Source: an uncultured Gemmatimonadaceae bacterium
GTDB taxonomy: Bacteria; Gemmatimonadota; Gemmatimonadetes; Gemmatimonadales; Gemmatimonadaceae
Length of the DNA stretch: 64,000 nt
Assembly (NCBI GenBank): GCA_963790305.1
Contig: CAWBOC010000001.1
Span: forward strand, 64,001-128,000
Reading direction: 5' to 3'
The translations under genes and the position numbers were made by a program. The notes beneath the pieces are model-generated. The model was not told the DNA's origin, did not search any database, and saw nothing but the letters and a program-made list of their open reading frames with translations. Below, piece by piece: positions 20,086-30,201 of the stretch (its first letter is position 1; each line of letters opens with the position of its first letter).

Positions 20086-21447
20086 ATGCGTACAATTTTT
20101 TTCAGTGGGCTGCTGATCGCGCACATCAGTGCGACAGCCGGCGCACAGCAACCCGATACGACGGCTCGGCGCGACTCGATCGCGCGCGCGGACAGCATTG
20201 CGCGGGCGGACTCGATCCGCCTGGTGCGCGAGCTCGAGCGCATCCGCGGCGAGGCGCGCCCGCCGCATGTCATGGGCGGCATGGCGCCCGCGCAGCCGCA
20301 GCAGCCCAACAACCCCGGACTCAACCCGAGCATCAGCGTCATGGGCGACATCGTCGTCGACGCGAGCCCCGATGGCAGCACACTCGAATCGGCTCGGCGA
20401 TTCGACATGCGCGAGGTCGAGCTGGCGCTGGGCGCCAACGTCGACCCGTTCTTCCGCGGCGATTTCATTCTGGGGCTCAGCGACGAGGAAGGCATCGCGA
20501 TCGAGGAGGGATACCTCACCACGACGTCGCTGCCATGGCAGCTCCAGGTGCGGGCTGGCCGGTTCCACCTTCCCTTCGGCAAGCAGAATACGACGCACCG
20601 CGCCGAGCTTCACACCATCGAATACCCGTACGTCATCCAGCGCCTGCTCGGCGATCACGGGGGAAAGGGGACCGGCGTCGCGTTGAGCAAGATCTTCTCA
20701 CCGTTTGGCTTCTATCAGGAGATTCAGCTCACGGCGATCGAACGATTCCCGGAGGAGCATCACGAGGAGGACGGCGGTCATCTCGCCGAGCATGGGTTCG
20801 AGGGAACTCCCGCCGAGCCGCCTAACCATTCGCTCGAGGGGCTGGGCTACACCGCTCGCTTCCGGAACTACTGGGACATTGGCGAGGCCACGAACTTCGA
20901 GGTGTCGTTTAGCGCCGGCACGGGCCGCATTGATGAGCCGTTCGGATGCGAGTCAGTGCTGACACCGGGACATTTCGATCCCTGTCCCGGCCCGCGCGGA
21001 GAGACCGCAGTGCTCGCGCGACAATCGCTCCTCGCCGGCGATCTCACCTTTCGGTGGCGACCGCTGCAGCACGGCTTGTATCGCTCGTTCATTCTCCAGG
21101 CGGAGGTGATGCGCCAGCATAACGACGAGCCAGCGCTTCCGGCCGGGCTCCCGGCCGGCGCTTCATATCTCGGTCCGACAGAGGAGACCACGGGCCTGTA
21201 CGTCTTCAGCCGGTGGCAGCTGTCACGGCGCCTGTTCGTTGGGGCCCGGTATGACCGGGTCGAGGCAGCGGCAGACGCGGAGCGAGACTTATCAGCGATT
21301 TCGGGGTACTTACAGTTCTTCCCCAGCGAGTTCTCGAAGATGGTGCTGGGGTATGAAAACCTACGGCCCGACGTCGGCGATCGCGTGAACCGTCTGCTCC
21401 TGCAGATGACGATCGCCATTGGACCGCACCGGCCACACCCGTTTTGA
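20086..21447 (+). CDS. Outer-membrane beta-barrel protein associated with metal uptake
   Basis: Signal peptide; REVELALGANVDPFF, GRFHLPFGKQN, His-rich loop, C-terminal GPHRPHPF; upstream of metal ABC genes. Confidence 0.75.
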   Translation: MRTIFFSGLLIAHISATAGAQQPDTTARRDSIARADSIARADSIRLVRELERIRGEARPPHVMGGMAPAQPQQPNNPGLNPSISVMGDIVVDASPDGSTLESARRFDMREVELALGANVDPFFRGDFILGLSDEEGIAIEEGYLTTTSLPWQLQVRAGRFHLPFGKQNTTHRAELHTIEYPYVIQRLLGDHGGKGTGVALSKIFSPFGFYQEIQLTAIERFPEEHHEEDGGHLAEHGFEGTPAEPPNHSLEGLGYTARFRNYWDIGEATNFEVSFSAGTGRIDEPFGCESVLTPGHFDPCPGPRGETAVLARQSLLAGDLTFRWRPLQHGLYRSFILQAEVMRQHNDEPALPAGLPAGASYLGPTEETTGLYVFSRWQLSRRLFVGARYDRVEAAADAERDLSAISGYLQFFPSEFSKMVLGYENLRPDVGDRVNRLLLQMTIAIGPHRPHPF

Positions 21448-21459
21448 GCGGATGGACAT

Positions 21460-22362
21460 ATGAAACGCCTCGTCATCATTGGCGCGGCTGTGGCGACGCT
21501 TGGCTCTCCACTGTCCGCGCAGAAGCTTCGAATCGTCACCAGCACCACCGACCTGCACGACATCGCCCATGTCGTGGGCGGCAATCGCGTCGACGCCATG
21601 CACATTGCCGCGGGCTATCAGGACCCGCACTTCGTCGAGGCGAAGCCGAGCTTCGCCCTTCAGCTCGCGAAGGCCGACGTCTTCGCGTACGTGGGGTTGG
21701 ACCTCGAAATCGGCTGGATGCCGTCGCTCCTTGACGCGGCTCGCAACCGCCGGATCAACCGGGGTGGCAGCGGCGACGTGGACGTGTCGCGCGCGATCCC
21801 CGTGCTCGACGTGCAGGCGAACGCCGACCGCTCCATGGGCGATGTGCATCCGCGCGGGAACCCGCACTACTGGCTGCATCCCGAGAACGGCAAGCGCATC
21901 GCGCGCCTTTTCCGCGACAAGTTTTCCGAGCTCGATGCACAAGGCGTGTCGTCGTATCGCGGGAACACCGCGCGCTTCGAGGCCCGCATCGACTCGACCG
22001 TTCGCGCGCTCGCCCCGCAGCTCGCGGCGATTCGCAATCAACCGGTCGTGGCGTACCACACCAGCTGGCGCTACTTCCAGGACTTCACCGGCATGAACAT
22101 CGTCGGGTTCATTGAGCCCAAACCGGGCGTTCCGCCGTCCGCCTCTCACCTCGCCGGGCTCATTCAGCACATGAAGCGCACGAAGGCGAAGGTGATCATC
22201 ATGGAGCCGTTCTACGACCGGAAGATGCCGGACTTCGTCGCGCGCAACACGGGGGCCACGGTGCTCGTGTTGCCCCCGTCGGTAGCAGCGGTGAAGGGCG
22301 TCGACAACTACCTGGAGCTCATCGCCTACGACGTTCGACGCCTCGCCGAGGCGCTGCGTTGA
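21460..22362 (+). CDS. Zn/Mn ABC transporter substrate-binding protein (ZnuA/TroA family)
   Basis: QDPHF, NPHYWL, YHTSWRYF, EPKPG. Confidence 0.9.
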   Translation: MKRLVIIGAAVATLGSPLSAQKLRIVTSTTDLHDIAHVVGGNRVDAMHIAAGYQDPHFVEAKPSFALQLAKADVFAYVGLDLEIGWMPSLLDAARNRRINRGGSGDVDVSRAIPVLDVQANADRSMGDVHPRGNPHYWLHPENGKRIARLFRDKFSELDAQGVSSYRGNTARFEARIDSTVRALAPQLAAIRNQPVVAYHTSWRYFQDFTGMNIVGFIEPKPGVPPSASHLAGLIQHMKRTKAKVIIMEPFYDRKMPDFVARNTGATVLVLPPSVAAVKGVDNYLELIAYDVRRLAEALR

Positions 22363-23135
22363 GCGCGTTGGTGACGTTCGATCACGCGACGCTCGCATAT
22401 GGGCGTCGCGTGGTGCTTTCGGACCTCACCTTTCAGATTCCCGAAGGAGACTTTCTCGGCCTCGTGGGGCCTAACGGCGCCGGCAAGACGACAATCCTCC
22501 GCGCCATCCTCGGCACGCTCGATCCGACCAGCGGAACCGTAACCCGCCGCCCGGAGCTCAGGTTCGGCTACGTCCCGCAACGGGATCAGGTCGACTACAA
22601 CTTCCCGCTGCGAGTGCTCGACGTCGTCCTGATGGGCCGCTACGACCGCGTCGGCATCGGTCGCCGGCCCAGGCGCGACGATCGTGATCGCGCCCTCGCC
22701 GCACTCGATGCCGTGGGCATTCGGGAGCTGGCGATGGAGCCGTTGACCCGGCTCTCCGGTGGACAGAAGCAGCGCACGCTCATCGCGCGGGCGCTCGTGG
22801 GCGAGCCGAACCTGCTGGTGCTCGATGAGCCGACGACGGGGATGGATCTCGTCTCGACGACGCAGATTCTCGGACTGGTGCGTGAGCTGCACGAGCGGAG
22901 CGGGCTCACGGTGCTGATGGTGAGTCATGCGCTCAACGAGATCGCGAACTACGTCAGGCGAATCGCTCTGGTGCAGGAAGGAAGCTTCCGCATCGGCGCC
23001 GTCGACGAGATCGTGAACGAGCGCACGTTGAGTGAGGTCTATGGCATCCCGGTGGAAGTCGATTCCTTCGCGGGACATCGCATCGTCCTCGCCCGACGTG
23101 GCTCGGCGGTGGTGAAGCCGGGGGAGCGGCGGTGA
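22359..23135 (+). CDS. Metal ABC transporter ATP-binding protein (ZnuC-like)
   Basis: GPNGAGKTT, GYVPQR, LSGGQKQR, LDEPT. Confidence 0.9.
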   Translation: MSALVTFDHATLAYGRRVVLSDLTFQIPEGDFLGLVGPNGAGKTTILRAILGTLDPTSGTVTRRPELRFGYVPQRDQVDYNFPLRVLDVVLMGRYDRVGIGRRPRRDDRDRALAALDAVGIRELAMEPLTRLSGGQKQRTLIARALVGEPNLLVLDEPTTGMDLVSTTQILGLVRELHERSGLTVLMVSHALNEIANYVRRIALVQEGSFRIGAVDEIVNERTLSEVYGIPVEVDSFAGHRIVLARRGSAVVKPGERR

Positions 23136-23956
23136 TCGACGCGATTCTCCTCTTTCGCGATGCGCTGTACGGCGCGCTCGTCATCGCGCTCGTCTGCTCG
23201 GCACTCGGTGTCTACGTGGTTCTCCGACGGATCGTCTTCGTGGGCGCGTCGCTGGCGCAGATGTCGACGCTCGGCATCGCGATATCGTTCTGGTTGGCCG
23301 GCATTGGCGTCGCGGGGGTGATCACCAGCAAGCCCGTCATTCTCTCGCTCCTCGCGACGCTCCTCGGCGTCGTGTTCTTTGCGACGGGGATGCGGCGGGC
23401 ACGCATTCCGGCTGACGCCCGCATCGGTGTGGCGTACGTGGTGGCCGGCGCGCTGGCGATTCTCTTCATCGCCAAGGCCGCCGTCGGCGAAGCGCACGAC
23501 ATCTTCCTGCAGGGCAACATCCTCGGCATCACGCGTGGCGATTGGCTCGTCCTCCTTGGCGTGAGCGTCCCGGTGCTTCTCGTGCACGTGCTGTTCTACA
23601 AGGAATTTCTGTTCATCTCCTTCGACCAGGAAACCGCGCGCACGCTCGGGTATCGTGTCGAGCGTTGGACGCTCCTGCTGTATCTGACGATAGGCTTGTC
23701 GATCGCGTTCGCGATGCAGTTCGCGGGGTTGATGCTCGTCTTCGACTTCCTCGTGTTGCCCGCGGTGACCGGTCTGCTGCTGGCCCGTGGAATGGGCGGC
23801 GTGTTCGCGTGGGCGATTGGGGCGGGACTCGCGGCGGCGGTGATTGGCTTTTCGCTCTCCGTTCCGTTCGACCTTCCTACTGGTCCAGCCATCGTCGCGG
23901 TGTCCGGAGTGCTCGTGATCCTCGCATGGCTCATACGCCGACTTCGAGAGCGGTAG
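23132..23956 (+). CDS. Metal ABC transporter permease (ZnuB-like)
   Basis: LGVYVVLRR, SFDQETA, DLPTGPAIV. Confidence 0.9.
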   Translation: MIDAILLFRDALYGALVIALVCSALGVYVVLRRIVFVGASLAQMSTLGIAISFWLAGIGVAGVITSKPVILSLLATLLGVVFFATGMRRARIPADARIGVAYVVAGALAILFIAKAAVGEAHDIFLQGNILGITRGDWLVLLGVSVPVLLVHVLFYKEFLFISFDQETARTLGYRVERWTLLLYLTIGLSIAFAMQFAGLMLVFDFLVLPAVTGLLLARGMGGVFAWAIGAGLAAAVIGFSLSVPFDLPTGPAIVAVSGVLVILAWLIRRLRER

Positions 23957-23968
23957 CGCGACGCGCGA

Positions 23969-23997
23969 TTGACGGACACGTTCGAGGCGGGTAAGTT
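23969..23997 (+). promoter_or_regulatory. Putative sigma70 promoter for maeB
   Basis: TTGACG-17 bp-TAAGTT. Confidence 0.45.
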
Positions 23998-24017
23998 CAC
24001 GCGTCTCATGGTGTTAC

Positions 24018-24062
24018 AATGAGGAATGGGGACTGCCTCATTCCTCATTTCTCATTTCCTAC
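24018..24062. repeat. Short family-C-like heptamer palindrome upstream of maeB
   Basis: aatgaggaatggggactgcctcattcctcatttctcatttcct. Confidence 0.55.
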
Positions 24063-24071
24063 CTCGAATAG

Positions 24072-26357
24072 ATGTCGACAAGCAGAGAGGACGCGCTCGA
24101 GTACCACGCCCGCGAGCGGCCCGGCAAGATCGCGGTCGTCCCGACGAAGCCGCTCACCAATCAGCGCGACCTCTCTCTCGCCTATTCTCCCGGCGTCGCC
24201 GAGCCTTGTCTCGAGATCAAGGCGAATCCGGAGGACGCGTATCGCTACACCGCCAAGGGCAACCTGGTCGCGGTCGTCACCAACGGAACCGCCGTGCTCG
24301 GTCTTGGCAACATCGGAGCATTGGCGGGGAAGCCGGTGATGGAGGGCAAAGGAAACCTCTTCAAGCAATTCGCCGATCTCGATGTCTTCGATCTCGAGGT
24401 GGGCTCGGAGAGTCCCGATGATGTGATTCGCTTCTGTCAGCTCCTCGAGCCGACGGTCGGCGGGATCAACCTCGAGGACATCAAGGCGCCCGACTGCTTC
24501 TACATCGAGGAGACGCTGCGGAAGACGATGAAGATCCCCGTCTTCCACGACGACCAGCACGGCACGGCGATCATCTCGGGGGCAGGGCTCTTGAATGCCG
24601 TCGAGATCGTCGGCAAGAACCTGGACACGATTCGGGTCGTCTTCTCCGGCGCCGGCGCCGCCGCCATCGCAACCGCCGAGCACTATGTACGACTCGGCGT
24701 GCGCCGCGAGCACATCACGCTCTGCGATCGCGAAGGGGTGATCTATCGAGGGCGGCCCGGCCAGCTCGATCCCTACAAGGCGCGGTTCGCTCTCGAGACG
24801 TCTGCCCGAACCATCGGCGATGCGCTCAAGGGTGCGGATGTCTTCGTGGGCCTCTCGGTCGCCGGCGCCGTAACCCGGGAGATGATCGCCGGCATGGCGG
24901 CGAAGCCCATCGTCTTCGCACTCGCCAACCCGGTACCGGAAATCCTGCCTGACGAGGTCCGCGCGGCCCGCACAGACGCGATCGTGGCCACCGGGCGGAG
25001 CGATTACCCGAACCAGGTCAACAACGTCCTCGGATTTCCGTTCATCTTCCGGGGCGCGCTCGATGCCCGCGCCACGGAGATCAACGAGGAGATGAAGATG
25101 GCGGCGACGCGTGCGCTGGCGTCGCTGGCGCGGCAGGACGTGCCGGAAAGCGTCGCGCGACTGTATGGGCTGGAGTCGGTGAGGTTTGGTCCCGACTACA
25201 TCATCCCCTTCCCGTTCGATCCGCGCGTACTGCTGTGGGTGGCGCCAGCGGTCGCCTGGGCCGCTGTCGCCACCGGCGTGGCGCGGGAGTTCATCGAGCT
25301 CGACGAGTATCGCGAGCGCCTCGAGGCGCGGCTGGGCCGTGCGCGAGGCATTCTGCGCGGCGTGATCCTGCGCGCACAGCACGCCCCCAAGCGTGTCGTC
25401 TTTCCCGAAGGGGAAGAGCCGAAAGTCATCCGGGCCGCGCGCATCCTGGTGGACGATGGTATCGCACAGCCGGTGCTGTTAGGCAATCGCGTCATCATCG
25501 AGCACCTCGCGCATGAGCTGGGCCTCTCCCTCGAGGACATTGCGACGGAGGACCCGTACAGCTCTCCGAACCGCGACCGGTACGCCACGGCGCTCTGGGA
25601 TCGGCGCCAGCGAAAGGGGCTCTCACTCGCCGAGGCGAATCAGCGGCTGCTGAATCCGAACTACTTCGGATCGATGATGGTCGCGCTCCAGGACGCCGAT
25701 GCGCTCGTCTCGGGAGTCAACCTGCATTACCCCGAGACCATCAGGCCGGCGCTGGAGGTGATCGGCGCGCACCCGCGGGCCGGTCTCGTCAGCGGCCTGT
25801 ACATGCTGGTCTTCGAGAAGCACGTCGTCTTTTGTGGGGACACGACCGTCAACATCGAGCCCACCTCGGAGCAGCTGGCGCAGATCGGTTACGCGGCGGC
25901 GCGCATCGTGCGCACCTTGGGCATTGAGCCGCGGGTTGCCATGCTGTCATTCTCGAACTTTGGCTCCGTCCGGCACCCCGAAGCCGAGAAGGTGGCACGA
26001 GCGGTTGCGCTGTTACGAGCGCGGGACCCGAGCCTCATCGTCGATGGCGAAATGCAGGCGGACACGGCGCTTGACGAGCACAAGCTCAACAAGACATACC
26101 CGTTCTCGGCACTCAAGGAGGCCGCCAACGTGCTGATCTTCCCGAGCTTGAGCGCCGGCAACATCGCCTACAAGTTGTTGCATCACCTGGGGGGCGCGAC
26201 GGCGATCGGACCCATCCTGGTGGGCATGCGCCGGCCGGTGCACGTTCTCGAGGAAGGGGCCGAGGTCGAGGAGATCGTCAACATGGCCGCGGTCGCGGTC
26301 GTGGACGCACAGGAGCGCGAACATCACACAGGATCCATGCGCGCGGTCGAAGGCTGA
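24072..26357 (+). CDS. maeB: NADP-dependent malic enzyme with PTA domain
   Basis: [34 protein letters not shown]-terminal PTA-like domain; 761 aa. Confidence 0.96.
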   Translation: MSTSREDALEYHARERPGKIAVVPTKPLTNQRDLSLAYSPGVAEPCLEIKANPEDAYRYTAKGNLVAVVTNGTAVLGLGNIGALAGKPVMEGKGNLFKQFADLDVFDLEVGSESPDDVIRFCQLLEPTVGGINLEDIKAPDCFYIEETLRKTMKIPVFHDDQHGTAIISGAGLLNAVEIVGKNLDTIRVVFSGAGAAAIATAEHYVRLGVRREHITLCDREGVIYRGRPGQLDPYKARFALETSARTIGDALKGADVFVGLSVAGAVTREMIAGMAAKPIVFALANPVPEILPDEVRAARTDAIVATGRSDYPNQVNNVLGFPFIFRGALDARATEINEEMKMAATRALASLARQDVPESVARLYGLESVRFGPDYIIPFPFDPRVLLWVAPAVAWAAVATGVAREFIELDEYRERLEARLGRARGILRGVILRAQHAPKRVVFPEGEEPKVIRAARILVDDGIAQPVLLGNRVIIEHLAHELGLSLEDIATEDPYSSPNRDRYATALWDRRQRKGLSLAEANQRLLNPNYFGSMMVALQDADALVSGVNLHYPETIRPALEVIGAHPRAGLVSGLYMLVFEKHVVFCGDTTVNIEPTSEQLAQIGYAAARIVRTLGIEPRVAMLSFSNFGSVRHPEAEKVARAVALLRARDPSLIVDGEMQADTALDEHKLNKTYPFSALKEAANVLIFPSLSAGNIAYKLLHHLGGATAIGPILVGMRRPVHVLEEGAEVEEIVNMAAVAVVDAQEREHHTGSMRAVEG

Positions 26358-26381
26358 GTCGCGCACAGGCGAGGACGAGCG

Positions 26382-28010
26382 ATGGCCACACGGATGAAGC
26401 CGCGAGCGGAGCGACCTTCCGCACGAGCGGCGGCGCAGGGGCTGGAGCCTCAAGGCCTCGAGCCGCGCGGCGACGTACACTGGAATTCGATCCCCCCCGA
26501 GCTCGTGCAAGCGGCGATTCGCCGCGGCGAGGGCGAGCTCGCCGACATGGGTCCGTTCGTCGCCGTCACGTCACCGCATACCGGCCGCTCCCCTAACGAC
26601 AAGTTCGTCGTCAAGGAACCGGGCACGGAGAAGGACGTCTGGTGGGGCAAGGTGAACGTCGCGTTCGACGCCGAAAAGTTCGACGTGTTGCTGGCGGACG
26701 TGCAGCGGCACCTCGACGAGCAGACGGAGGTCTTCGTTCAGGATCTATACGCGGGCGCGGATAGCGCGCATCGGGTGCGGGTGCGTTTCGTGACACCGAA
26801 CGCGTGGCACTCGCTCTTCGTGCGCAACATGTTCATCCGCCCCGACCCGATCGATCTTCCGACCTTCGAGGCGGACTTCAGCGTGCTGCATGCGCCGGAG
26901 TTCCATGCCGATCCGACGAAGCATGGGACGCGGACAGGAACCTTCATCATCCTGAACTTCGCGCGGCGGGTGATCCTCATCGGCGGCACCCGCTACGCCG
27001 GCGAGTTGAAGAAGGCGATCTTCACGGTGATGAACTACCTGCTGCCCAAGCGCGGAGTGCTCTCGATGCACTGCTCCGCGAACGTGGGACACGCGGGGGA
27101 TACCGCGCTCTTCTTTGGGCTGTCCGGCACCGGCAAGACGACGCTCTCCGCCGATCCCGACCGGTGGCTCATCGGAGACGATGAGCACGGATGGTCAGCC
27201 GACGGCGTGTTCAACTTCGAGGGCGGGTGCTACGCGAAGGTGATCAACCTCTCGGAGGACGGGGAGCCGGACATCTACCGCACTACGCAGATGTTCGGGA
27301 CGATCCTCGAGAACGTCGTGCTCGAGCCACACACGCGGCGCGTCGACTTCGTCAACCAGTCGATCACCGAGAACACGCGGGCCTCGTATCCACTGCATTA
27401 CATCCGCAACATCGTTCCGACAGGACGAGGCGACCACCCGCGGAATGTCGTGTTTCTCACCGCCGACGCATTCGGGGTCCTGCCGCCGATCGCGCGCCTA
27501 ACGCCCGCGCAGGCACGCTACTACTTCCTGTCCGGCTACACGGCCAAGGTCGCTGGCACCGAGCGCGGCGTGAAGGAGCCGCAGGCGACGTTCAGCTCCT
27601 GCTTCGGGGCCGTGTTCCTCGTGTGGCATCCCTCCGTGTATTCCCGCATGCTCGGCGAGCTCCTGGCGAAGCACAACTCGCGGGTATGGCTGGTGAACAC
27701 CGGGTGGACGGGAGGGCCCTACGGCGTCGGCAACCGGATGAAGCTCGCCTATACGCGCGCAATGGTTCGTGCCGCCCTGGCCGGTGAGCTCGATCGTGTG
27801 CCGACAATGCGCGATTCGGTCTTCGGCCTCGAGGTCCCGAAGAGCGTTCCCGGCGTGTCGTCCGACGTGATGAACCCGCGCGCCACATGGGCCGACCCGG
27901 CAGCGTACGACGCGCAGGCGCACAAGCTGGCGGAGATGTTCGTCAAGAACTTCGAGCAGTTCGCCGATCACGTGGATCCGTCGGTGCGCGACGCGGGACC
28001 GAAGATCTGA
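26382..28010 (+). CDS. pckA: Phosphoenolpyruvate carboxykinase (ATP)
   Basis: [37 protein letters not shown]. Confidence 0.96.
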   Translation: MATRMKPRAERPSARAAAQGLEPQGLEPRGDVHWNSIPPELVQAAIRRGEGELADMGPFVAVTSPHTGRSPNDKFVVKEPGTEKDVWWGKVNVAFDAEKFDVLLADVQRHLDEQTEVFVQDLYAGADSAHRVRVRFVTPNAWHSLFVRNMFIRPDPIDLPTFEADFSVLHAPEFHADPTKHGTRTGTFIILNFARRVILIGGTRYAGELKKAIFTVMNYLLPKRGVLSMHCSANVGHAGDTALFFGLSGTGKTTLSADPDRWLIGDDEHGWSADGVFNFEGGCYAKVINLSEDGEPDIYRTTQMFGTILENVVLEPHTRRVDFVNQSITENTRASYPLHYIRNIVPTGRGDHPRNVVFLTADAFGVLPPIARLTPAQARYYFLSGYTAKVAGTERGVKEPQATFSSCFGAVFLVWHPSVYSRMLGELLAKHNSRVWLVNTGWTGGPYGVGNRMKLAYTRAMVRAALAGELDRVPTMRDSVFGLEVPKSVPGVSSDVMNPRATWADPAAYDAQAHKLAEMFVKNFEQFADHVDPSVRDAGPKI

Positions 28011-28096
28011 GGTCGTCGAGGTCGTCGAGGGTGTCGAGGTGATCAAGGTGAAGTCGCCTCGATCGCCTCGATTTCCTCCACGACCTCGATCACCTT
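28009..28096. repeat. Palindromic tandem-repeat element, family A
   Basis: gaggtcgtcgaggtcgtcgagggtgtcgaggtgatcaagg...cctcgatcgcctcgatttcctccacgacctcgatcacctt. Confidence 0.85.
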
Positions 28097-28103
28097 GAAG
28101 TCC

Positions 28104-29375
28104 ATGGATGTCATCCGCGATCCCCTCTGGAACAACATCCGCGTCAATGACGTCGCCCTTCGCCTCATCGACACCGCCACGTTCCAACGGCTTCGATATG
28201 TTCGGCAGCTCGGGCTCGCCTACCTCGTCTATCCCGGCGCGACCCACACCAGATTCGAGCACGCCCTTGGCGCCTACCACCTCGCGCGGCGCACGCTCGC
28301 CCTGCTCGCGGAACGCGGAGAGCTCGCGCGGGTCGAGCCCACCGAGGGCGCGATCATTACCGCCGCCGCGCTGCTCCACGACATCGGGCACTACCCTTTT
28401 TCGCACGCGCTGGAGGAGATCGGCGCCCTCGACCACGAAGAGGTCGCCCACGAGCTGATCTTTCGAGGGCCCGTCGCCGAGGTGCTCACCGCGGCACTCG
28501 GTGGCGACGCACCGGGGCGGATTCATGCACTGATTCGGGGCCAAAGCGCCTCTCCCCTGCAGGGCCTCATCTCCGGCTCCCTCGACCTCGACAAGATCGA
28601 GTATCTCAAGCGGGATGCGCTCATGTGTGGGGTGCCGTACGGCGAGATCGATGTCGACCGTCTGCTGCACTCGCTCGCGATCATCGAGGACCCCGCGAGA
28701 GGCGGCCTGTCCATCGCGATTCTCGAGAAAGGTCTGGCGGCTCTCGAGTCACTGCTGTTCGCGAAGTATCAGATGTATCGAAACGTCTATTGGCACCACG
28801 CCGTTCGCAGCGCGACCGCAATGTACAAGCGGCTCGTCGACGACGCCTTACGAGCGAAAGCCCTCATCGAGACCGACCTCGCCTCCCTCACTGACGAAGG
28901 CCTTCTGCATCAGCTGGAAGCGGTCGATGGAAGCGCCCCGCTGCTGCTAGCCCTCCGCGGACGCCGGCTTCACAAGCGCGCGCTCGAAATCCCAACCGTC
29001 GAGCTGCCCCCCGAGAGCGAGTGGATCTCGATGAACCCATCGCTGGTCTATGCCGCCGAGACTGCGCTCGCGCAGGAGCTCGGCATGGCGCCGGGGGAAT
29101 TGCTGCTCGACTTCCCCGCCAAGCCACAGATGCTCGGGCTCGACATTCCAGTCGTGCGGCGCCACGGCCGCGTCGAGCGCCTGACGATGGAAGGAATCGC
29201 CGGCTCGGTCAGTCTCCCGACGCTTTCCGCCGAGCTCTATGGCTCGGCGCGCCGTCTGCGGGTGTTCGTCGCCGGGTCCCGCGAGGTGCCGGTCGATCGG
29301 GTGCTGCGGGTTGTGAAGCGGGATGGAGACGAGATAGCGGAGACTCTGCGGACGGGGAGGGCCCTACTGCAGTAG
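28104..29375 (+). CDS. HD-domain phosphohydrolase (dNTPase/SAMHD1-like family)
   Basis: FQRLRYVRQLG, HTRFEHALG, LLHDIGHYPFSH, LDLDKIEYL. Confidence 0.9.
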   Translation: MDVIRDPLWNNIRVNDVALRLIDTATFQRLRYVRQLGLAYLVYPGATHTRFEHALGAYHLARRTLALLAERGELARVEPTEGAIITAAALLHDIGHYPFSHALEEIGALDHEEVAHELIFRGPVAEVLTAALGGDAPGRIHALIRGQSASPLQGLISGSLDLDKIEYLKRDALMCGVPYGEIDVDRLLHSLAIIEDPARGGLSIAILEKGLAALESLLFAKYQMYRNVYWHHAVRSATAMYKRLVDDALRAKALIETDLASLTDEGLLHQLEAVDGSAPLLLALRGRRLHKRALEIPTVELPPESEWISMNPSLVYAAETALAQELGMAPGELLLDFPAKPQMLGLDIPVVRRHGRVERLTMEGIAGSVSLPTLSAELYGSARRLRVFVAGSREVPVDRVLRVVKRDGDEIAETLRTGRALLQ

Positions 29376-29410
29376 CGCTTTTCCAGCGCCCTCAGCGCTT
29401 TTCCAGCGCC
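29373..29410. repeat. Half family-B element between convergent genes
   Basis: tagcgcttttccagcgccctcagcgcttttccagcgcc. Confidence 0.55.
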
Positions 29411-29412
29411 AT

Positions 29413-30201
29413 TTATCCCCGCACCGACGGCGTCTCGACCGTCTTCTCCTCGACCCTCGAATCACTCGCCTCCAGCACCTGCACCACGATGGCGGTGATG
29501 TTGTCGAGCCCACCGCGACCGTTCGCTTCCGCGATCAAGGCATCGACCATGCGCGCCGGGGACGCGCGCGAGGAGAGCAGCTGCTGGATGCGGCGGTCGT
29601 CGACCATCCCGGTGAGGCCATCGCTCGCGACGAGGAAGACGTCGCCGGCGCGCACTTCACCGGCGTAGGTGTCGGGCTCCACTTCCCCGCTGGCTCCGAC
29701 GCACCGCGTGATCACGTTGCTATACGGATGGTACCGCGCCTGCTCGGGCGTGAGGTATCCGGCGTCGACCTGCTCCTGCACGTACGAGTGGTCCTTCGTG
29801 ATCTGTCGGAGCGCGCCCTCGCGCAGCATGTACACGCGCGAGTCGCCAACCTGGCCCACGAGGTAGCGCGCGTTCGCCAGCATCAGCACCGAGATGGTCG
29901 TCCCCATTCCCTGCTTGTCGATCTCGGCGATCGTCCGCTGGTAGATCGCCGAGTTGGCCTGCTTCACGGCGCGAGCGACGGTCTGCACCACACCGTCACC
30001 GCGCAGGTCGTGCACGAGCCGGAGCTCGCGCGCGACGATCTCGACCGCCATCTCGCTGGCCACTTCCCCGGCCGCGTGCCCGCCCATGCCGTCGGCCACG
30101 ACGAACAACCCGCGGATAGGGTTCGCATCCGCGAAGAAGCTGTCCTCGTTCCCCGATCGGATCATGCCGGTGTCCGACCGCGCGGCGACGGTAAGCTGCA
30201 C
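29413..30201 (-). CDS. PP2C-type Ser/Thr protein phosphatase (Stp1/PrpC-like)
   Basis: SDTGMIRSGNEDS, VADGMGGH, VGDSR, SDGLT, GGLDNIT; GTG overlaps the FHA gene stop. Confidence 0.93.
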   Translation of the reverse strand: MQLTVAARSDTGMIRSGNEDSFFADANPIRGLFVVADGMGGHAAGEVASEMAVEIVARELRLVHDLRGDGVVQTVARAVKQANSAIYQRTIAEIDKQGMGTTISVLMLANARYLVGQVGDSRVYMLREGALRQITKDHSYVQEQVDAGYLTPEQARYHPYSNVITRCVGASGEVEPDTYAGEVRAGDVFLVASDGLTGMVDDRRIQQLLSSRASPARMVDALIAEANGRGGLDNITAIVVQVLEASDSRVEEKTVETPSVRG

